The notes under the pieces are model-generated. The model was not told the DNA's origin. It made no database searches and saw only the letters and a program-made list of their open reading frames with translations. Shown one piece after another: positions 15,006 to 20,000 of a DNA stretch of 20,000 nucleotides. Each line of letters opens with the position of its first letter. The first letter of the stretch is position 1. The DNA comes from an uncultured virus (IMG/VR IMGVR_UViG_3300028194_000749) (lineage: Duplodnaviria; Heunggongvirae; Uroviricota; Caudoviricetes), in IMG/VR virus record IMGVR_UViG_3300028194_000749. One strand, written 5' to 3'. The position numbers and the translations under genes are program-made.

Positions 15006-16568
15006 ATGAGTTGGACTGAATCAGACGCAGCACACAAACTTATTCGTCGTAAGAACGCAAAAGCACAAGGTATATCTCGTCGTAAGGCTCGTCAATCTAA
15101 AACTTCTCGCTCCAAAATGAATGCTGAAGGAATGGAAATGACTCCCGATATTATGGATTATCCCGGTTTGCCAGTTGTTCCTGATTCTTACGGCACAAAC
15201 TCTGCTCTTACCAGTGGACAAGGAGTTCCTCAATGGTATGGCTCTGCTGAACATCACATGACTTTATCCGATTTGAGTGATACTCCCTTTGGAGCATTTG
15301 TTAAACCAGATGGCACAGTAATTATGGTAATCAGTGATAAAAGTGTCAAAGGAAAAGAACAAGAAGCAATAGATTGGGGATTAAATCATTTTGGAAAGCA
15401 GTATGAGGGCGTTAAGTTTGTTAAATATGCTTCTGAATACGATGCTGAATCACGCTTTGATAAGTTGGCAGATAAGATTGCCAAGCAATACGAGAAGAAA
15501 GGTATGAATCCTCAAGAAGCCCGTGAAGTTGGCAAGAAAACTGCTTACAAAATCGGTGCTGCTAAATACGGCAAGGCAGGCATGGCTGCTAAGTCCCGTG
15601 CTGGTCGTATGGCTGCGGAATCCTCTGACGATATTCGCACTGCTGCCGACCTTGTAGCGTGGGCAGATTCTAATGAGGGTAACTTGCCATTGATGTCTAC
15701 TATGAATGCTATGGGAGATAATGAATACCTTAGTATGATTGATTCCGATGATGATGAAATAGATTTCGTATTTTTGGATGGAACTATGGCAACTTGTATA
15801 TTAGATGACAAAACTCTTTCAACTTTCGTAGTAGCCTATGAATCAGAATCTTTTGAGGCTATGGGTCGTTATGACCCAAGTGAAAATGATATTCTCGAAA
15901 CTAAGGAAAAGTTTCAACTTTCCTTCCCTTCCTTTGAGATGAGTCCCAGTTCTATACAATATCTAACTTTCCAACAAGGCTCATCAAATAAGTTCCACTC
16001 TTTTTGGTTGGCTCAAGATAGTTCTGGTGGATGGTATGCTTTCAATGCTTATGCTCGTATGGGTTATTCACCAAAAATCTTCCGTATTATTGGTCCTACT
16101 TCGCAAGAACAGGCTGCCCGTGCTATGCAAAGTAAGATGAATGCTAAACTTCGCAAGGGTTACAGTAACAGTTCTAAAGAGTTCGGCCTTCGTGCTGAGA
16201 TGATTACAGAAGGGCTTCCAGTTATTCCAGATTCCTACGGCACTAATTCTGCTCTAAGTTCTGGACAAGGAGTTCCACAATGGTATGGTAGTGCTGAATA
16301 TCAAGACATGATGTGTTGTGGCGAACAGATGGAATATCACGAAAGTAATAAAGTCAATTATTTCTATTGTCCTATTTGTGAAGAATCTATCAAAACCAAC
16401 GAGTTTGATGCTGAAGCCTCTGATGAAGACTGGGACAAAACTGAATACGAATACAAAGAAGTAGAACTCGCTAAACCATTCCGCACAGCATTTATGGCTT
16501 CGCTCGGATTTATCGTAGCACCTTTGGTAGCCCTAAGTGGTTTGGCCTTTTTCTTAGGAGATGAATAA
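15006..16568 (+). CDS. Modular protein with WGR-like domain, basic modules, Zn-ribbon and C-terminal TM anchor
   Basis: 520 aa; SNKFH...NAYARMG...KLRKGY; CCGEQM...CPIC; two GLPV..WYGSAE modules; ends FMASLGFIVAPLVALSGLAFFLGDE. Confidence 0.85.
   Translation: MSWTESDAAHKLIRRKNAKAQGISRRKARQSKTSRSKMNAEGMEMTPDIMDYPGLPVVPDSYGTNSALTSGQGVPQWYGSAEHHMTLSDLSDTPFGAFVKPDGTVIMVISDKSVKGKEQEAIDWGLNHFGKQYEGVKFVKYASEYDAESRFDKLADKIAKQYEKKGMNPQEAREVGKKTAYKIGAAKYGKAGMAAKSRAGRMAAESSDDIRTAADLVAWADSNEGNLPLMSTMNAMGDNEYLSMIDSDDDEIDFVFLDGTMATCILDDKTLSTFVVAYESESFEAMGRYDPSENDILETKEKFQLSFPSFEMSPSSIQYLTFQQGSSNKFHSFWLAQDSSGGWYAFNAYARMGYSPKIFRIIGPTSQEQAARAMQSKMNAKLRKGYSNSSKEFGLRAEMITEGLPVIPDSYGTNSALSSGQGVPQWYGSAEYQDMMCCGEQMEYHESNKVNYFYCPICEESIKTNEFDAEASDEDWDKTEYEYKEVELAKPFRTAFMASLGFIVAPLVALSGLAFFLGDE
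15165..15251 (+). repeat. Dispersed coding module copy 2
   Basis: GLPVVPDSYGTNSALTSGQGVPQWYGSAE. Confidence 0.93.
16200..16298 (+). repeat. Dispersed coding module copy 3
   Basis: MITEGLPVIPDSYGTNSALSSGQGVPQWYGSAE; 35-nt exact match to copy 1. Confidence 0.95.
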
Positions 16569-16569
16569 T

Positions 16570-16929
16570 ATGGATATGAAACAATTTATTACACTTGGAG
16601 CCGTCATCGGTGGATTATACCTCGCCTACAAAAATAAAGATATGTGGATGTCAGAAACTTTTAATGCTCATGTTTCACCATCACAAGACCAATTCGTGGC
16701 ACGCAACTGGGGAACAGTTGAAAGAGTTTCCACTGAGCGTAACATCATGGCAGGTCAGGCCGTCGGTCAGACTATTAACTACAACGGCATGGGTATCACT
16801 CCTGCAACTGTGGGTGCAACTAATGGCATAGGCCAAGTTATGGATTTAAGTGTCTACGCTGCTACTATGCGAAGCACAGACCCTATCTGGGGTCAGAACT
16901 ATCCCGGTCGTGCCATCGGTCAAGAGTAA
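16570..16929 (+). CDS. N-terminally anchored small protein
   Basis: FITLGAVIGGLYLAY then MSETFNA; start context TAGGAGATGAATAATATG identical to that at 6814-6831. Confidence 0.8.
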   Translation: MDMKQFITLGAVIGGLYLAYKNKDMWMSETFNAHVSPSQDQFVARNWGTVERVSTERNIMAGQAVGQTINYNGMGITPATVGATNGIGQVMDLSVYAATMRSTDPIWGQNYPGRAIGQE

Positions 16930-16930
16930 T

Positions 16931-16939
16931 CTTTAAGTA
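16931..16939 (+). promoter_or_regulatory. TATA-like box CTTTAAGTA
   Basis: Precedes a short leader with GAGGT SD and ATG 16975. Confidence 0.75.
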
Positions 16940-16974
16940 GTCGGCCAACGCCAGACATATTGAGGTTAGCCTAT

Positions 16975-17508
16975 ATGCTTGATTTTGCAGAACTCCGTAA
17001 CCGTATTCTGATGGGAGAAGACGAAGTTCCCGAAGAAATTACAGAATCACCAATTACTAAAGAGTTTATGCGCCCTGCTACGGGTTTCCCAATGTTATTT
17101 GGTGGTCTATCAGTAGCACTGGTTATTGCTGACAAACTTAAACTTGAAATGCTTTCTAAAGAAGGCGAATACAATTACCGTCCTTTGGTTTTGTCGGTGT
17201 TTGGTTTCTTACCTCTTGGTTTTGGACTTGGAGAATTAGTTCGAGGTCTGCAAGCCCAGAAACAATTTGACCGCTACGAAAAGTTAGTGAGTGCTGCTGA
17301 AGAAGAAGTAGAAAGACTGGTCGAAGAAGATGAAGAACAAGATGCTCAAGATAACACTAACGAAGGCAATTATTATGAAGCCGAATCTCAGTTTAATCTC
17401 TCTTCTTTTGGACCCGAAACCGGAGTTTTCCAAAACGGTGCTTTCGGTCAATCAATGCCTACTATTGGTCCGGGTCAAACCTATGAACAAAGAACTTTTG
17501 GATGGTAA
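16975..17508 (+). CDS. 2-TM membrane protein with acidic tail
   Basis: Two hydrophobic helices, acidic helical stretch, YEAE motif; start is ATG 16975 or TTG 16960. Confidence 0.8.
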   Translation: MLDFAELRNRILMGEDEVPEEITESPITKEFMRPATGFPMLFGGLSVALVIADKLKLEMLSKEGEYNYRPLVLSVFGFLPLGFGLGELVRGLQAQKQFDRYEKLVSAAEEEVERLVEEDEEQDAQDNTNEGNYYEAESQFNLSSFGPETGVFQNGAFGQSMPTIGPGQTYEQRTFGW

Positions 17509-17510
17509 AG

Positions 17511-17519
17511 TATTAAGTA
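17511..17519 (+). promoter_or_regulatory. TATA-like box TATTAAGTA
   Basis: 31 nt before ATG 17542. Confidence 0.75.
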
Positions 17520-17541
17520 GTCGTAAGGAGTATGAACAAAC

Positions 17542-18438
17542 ATGAGCGAGAAGTTTTATTGTGTAGGGTGCAAAGAGCATTATGACCTCGATGTGACTGA
17601 GGCTGTTAAGAAACCCTCCAAAGGAGATTCTTTCCGTCATTCATTAGTGAGTCAATGTCCTAAAGGACACAAGACCACCAAAATCTGCAAACAAGAAGTT
17701 TATGATACCTACTCTTCTTCTATGAGTGCAGAAGACCCTCTGACCGCAGGACCATCCCCGGCTGGAGGACCATCCGAGATTACACCCGCCGGCCCTTCTG
17801 CTACACCTCTGGAAAGAACAGATGCAGGAGTTCCTTCGGATTTTGAAAGTGAAACTTTTACCGGAGCAGAAGTTATTCCTGAAGGACCTTCCAGCGAACC
17901 AGTTGATGAAGGCGAAACTTTTGAAGCAACACAAGTTGTTGGAACTATGAGTCCCGGTGCAGGAATCAATGAAGCCCTTGAACCACTTCAAGGAGGATTA
18001 GAAAATGGTGATGAGCCTTCTCTTGTTCCTGCTGATAGTTTCCAACCTCAAGGCAACGGCCATGTTATCGGCCAACACACAGATTCTTATAATACCACAC
18101 CTATGCACGCTGAAGAAGATTTTGAACCATACTTTGAACTTTGTATAGTTAGCAACGGCACTGTTGGCGATATTGTAGAAGATTACGATGAAGCCCAAGA
18201 AGAAAAAGCATTTACAGAATGGGAAAACCATGTTAATGAAGACGGACCCCATGTTCTAATCTTTTATGATTCTGCTGATGAAGCAGGTATGATTGTGGCA
18301 GGAGATGATTTCATGGAAGTTTATGATTCTGAATCACTTCTACCAACAGTTCGCAGTAATCGCAAAGCACTTATGGCTTCTGCTGCCGCAGCCTTAGTTA
18401 TTGGTTTAGTTTGGTATCGCAGTTCACGCTCTCAGTAA
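17542..18438 (+). CDS. N-terminal Zn-ribbon, Pro/acidic modular protein with C-terminal TM anchor
   Basis: FYCVGCK...CPKGH (recalls DUF5679-like ribbons); MSAE, FESETFTGAE, GETFEA, MHAE, YDSE; ends ALMASAAAALVIGLVWYRSSRSQ. Confidence 0.85.
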   Translation: MSEKFYCVGCKEHYDLDVTEAVKKPSKGDSFRHSLVSQCPKGHKTTKICKQEVYDTYSSSMSAEDPLTAGPSPAGGPSEITPAGPSATPLERTDAGVPSDFESETFTGAEVIPEGPSSEPVDEGETFEATQVVGTMSPGAGINEALEPLQGGLENGDEPSLVPADSFQPQGNGHVIGQHTDSYNTTPMHAEEDFEPYFELCIVSNGTVGDIVEDYDEAQEEKAFTEWENHVNEDGPHVLIFYDSADEAGMIVAGDDFMEVYDSESLLPTVRSNRKALMASAAAALVIGLVWYRSSRSQ

Positions 18439-18439
18439 T

Positions 18440-18448
18440 CTTTAAGTA
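18440..18448 (+). promoter_or_regulatory. TATA-like box CTTTAAGTA
   Basis: 31 nt before ATG 18471. Confidence 0.8.
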
Positions 18449-18470
18449 TCAGAATGACTAAGGAATAGTC

Positions 18471-19049
18471 ATGCCAACCTTTGAAGCAGGATACAACATT
18501 CAATGCGACCCCGGTGATTTGTATAGCCGTAAGTGCTATGTCGTTACTGGTGCAGGAGTTAGACAAGAAATTATTGGGTATGATTCTGGTGGAAATCCTA
18601 TCTCAAAACAAGCCACTACTGCCGCAGGCACAGCATGGCAACCCTCAATCACCGTTCTCGACCAAGATGGAAATCCCTATCAGCCATATGGTGCTGGTGG
18701 TATTCCATGGACAATGGGTGGAGGAATGACTGGAATTGGAAAAGTTATGCCTTCTTCTGGTGCTGACCCACAAGATTGGAAATACATTACTGAATCTGCT
18801 CCGGGTGCTCAAGCCCGAATTGCTTACGAAGAACGCACTTGTAATCCCCTATGGCCTACTTTTGGCTGTAAGACTGGAAATACTAATCCTACTGGAGTTA
18901 CTACTGCACCCGTCAATGGACAACCAGACGCAGGAACTCTTGGTTGGCTCAAAGAATACTTTGGAATGTGGAATGCCGAAGAAAAGTATGAAAAGAAATC
19001 CACAGAATCCAAGATTATGTCTTGGTGGAACAGTTTAATAGGTTCGTGA
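18471..19049 (+). CDS. Gly/Thr/Pro-rich hypothetical protein
   Basis: 192 aa with its own promoter; MPTFEA and MWNAE motifs; Trp-rich amphipathic C-terminus. Confidence 0.8.
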   Translation: MPTFEAGYNIQCDPGDLYSRKCYVVTGAGVRQEIIGYDSGGNPISKQATTAAGTAWQPSITVLDQDGNPYQPYGAGGIPWTMGGGMTGIGKVMPSSGADPQDWKYITESAPGAQARIAYEERTCNPLWPTFGCKTGNTNPTGVTTAPVNGQPDAGTLGWLKEYFGMWNAEEKYEKKSTESKIMSWWNSLIGS

Positions 19050-19053
19050 TACT

Positions 19054-19347
19054 ATGGCCGATGAGAAAGACCTCATCGAACAAAAGTTTGATGAACAACA
19101 AGAAGAACAAGTTTTGGCAGCCCGTCATGCTTGGCGCAGTTTGTTAGTTCCAGCCGTCGGCTCTGCGGCCTTCTTTGCATCAGCCATTGTAGGCTTTATT
19201 CGCACTTATCGTAAGTATGGATTTCCACAACACGCTTTCAAACCTTTTGACTATGGTTTAATGAGTATTCCCTTTGTGATTATCGGTATGGCTTTCTTAT
19301 ATCAAGCCGAAGAACAAAAACAAGAAGATGGCGAAGCGGAGGTCTGA
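19054..19347 (+). CDS. Small 2-TM membrane protein
   Basis: 97 aa; two hydrophobic helices. Confidence 0.8.
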   Translation: MADEKDLIEQKFDEQQEEQVLAARHAWRSLLVPAVGSAAFFASAIVGFIRTYRKYGFPQHAFKPFDYGLMSIPFVIIGMAFLYQAEEQKQEDGEAEV

Positions 19348-19352
19348 AACTT

Positions 19353-20000
19353 ATGCCTTTCAAATCTCGTGCTCAAAAAGAGTATCTAAGAATTAACGAA
19401 CCAGAAATCTATGAACGCTGGATGCGTGAATACCATGCCGAATCCAACCAAAGTTTTACTCCTCCTGCTACGGCAGTTGCGGCTGCCAAAAAAGGTTTAG
19501 CCCAAAGAAAGAAATGGGGTCGTGGAGGACTATCGCCCGCCGAGGCTGCTTCGCAGGGTATTGATTCTGGAGTTACTCGTGCTCGTAAGATAAGTTCTGG
19601 AAAAGTTTCACGCCATGATGTCCGTCGGATGTCAGCGTTTAATCGTCATCGAAAGAATAATAATCCCAGTAAAAAGATGCCAGATGGTGGACCCACAGCA
19701 GGAACTATTGCTTGGAATCTATGGGGCGGAAGTTCTGGTGTAAATTGGGCTAAGAAAAAGTCTGCTGCTATGAATGCTGAAGATTTTGAAATGATGTGTC
19801 GCCAATGTAAAATTGGCAATTATGAAAGTTGCTTGTATGGTGAAACTGTGGATACTGGTGGATTTTGGCTTAGTAATTGTGTTCCAGACCCATCAATGAA
19901 TGCAGAAGGGCGTTTCTCGGCTGAAAAATACTATGAAGAAGACCCTGAAAGGTATTATTCTTCCCAATTTGAACCTTATGATTCTTTCCCGACCAAAGAC
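19353..20000 (+). CDS. Modular protein, 3'-truncated by window end (not in ORF track)
   Basis: GGAGGT SD; open for 216 codons: MPFKSRAQKEYL...YHAE / ...PPATAVAAAKKGL...IAWNLWGGSSGVNWAKKKSAAMNAE / CxxC segment / SMNAE. Confidence 0.85.
   Translation, partial: MPFKSRAQKEYLRINEPEIYERWMREYHAESNQSFTPPATAVAAAKKGLAQRKKWGRGGLSPAEAASQGIDSGVTRARKISSGKVSRHDVRRMSAFNRHRKNNNPSKKMPDGGPTAGTIAWNLWGGSSGVNWAKKKSAAMNAEDFEMMCRQCKIGNYESCLYGETVDTGGFWLSNCVPDPSMNAEGRFSAEKYYEEDPERYYSSQFEPYDSFPTKD

Larger units (their letters stand above)
1..20000 (+). mobile_element. Segment of a putative archaeal virus/virus-like element genome (structural/late gene region)
   Basis: Co-oriented compact genes, no housekeeping genes, one repeated TATA-like promoter, archaeal-type SD sites, tandem capsid-like paralogs, many single-pass membrane proteins and phage-type small modules. 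No ends or integrase visible. Confidence 0.75.

Noticed and set aside
294..19012. All minus-strand ORFs and short alternative-frame plus-strand ORFs nested in longer genes
   Set aside because: They overlap well-supported + strand genes, and I saw no promoter or SD support or family motifs for them; they are shadows of codon bias.
1..20000. Naming a specific host (e.g. Marine Group II/Poseidoniales) or virus family
   Set aside because: Plausible from the archaeal signals and marine-phage-like modules, but no diagnostic marker is present in the window.

Overview
All credible genes in this gene-dense 20 kb window lie on the + strand. It reads as the virion-morphogenesis region of an uncharacterised archaeal virus or virus-like element, probably with an internal membrane. 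(1) Fourteen copies of an archaeal TATA-like box (mostly CTTTAAGTA) occur; 13 begin 30-32 nt before an ATG (leaderless mRNAs), while internal genes carry GGAGGTG/GGAGATGA-type Shine-Dalgarno sites. (2) Two tandem paralogous beta-rich proteins of ~230 aa (8552-9938) are candidate single-jelly-roll major capsid proteins. (3) There are many small membrane proteins. (4) Accessory genes include a pyruvyltransferase-like enzyme, a GT2 glycosyltransferase and an AAA+ ATPase ending in an HbYX motif. The most striking pattern is a set of mostly membrane-anchored, modular 'polyproteins'. Their small modules (WGR-like, DVNP-like, basic DNA-binding-like, Cys-rich, repeated peptides shared between genes) are separated by a recurring hydrophobic-x-[A/S]-E motif, often doubled as AE[TS]FEA. 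I infer these are viral protease cleavage sites releasing packaged cargo. Also found: a near-canonical K-turn RNA after the capsid genes, a 7-codon leader ORF before them, a tRNA 3'-end fragment, and three further ORFs missing from the supplied track. No polymerase, packaging ATPase, integrase or protease is recognisable. Family assignments come from motif recall, not database searches.
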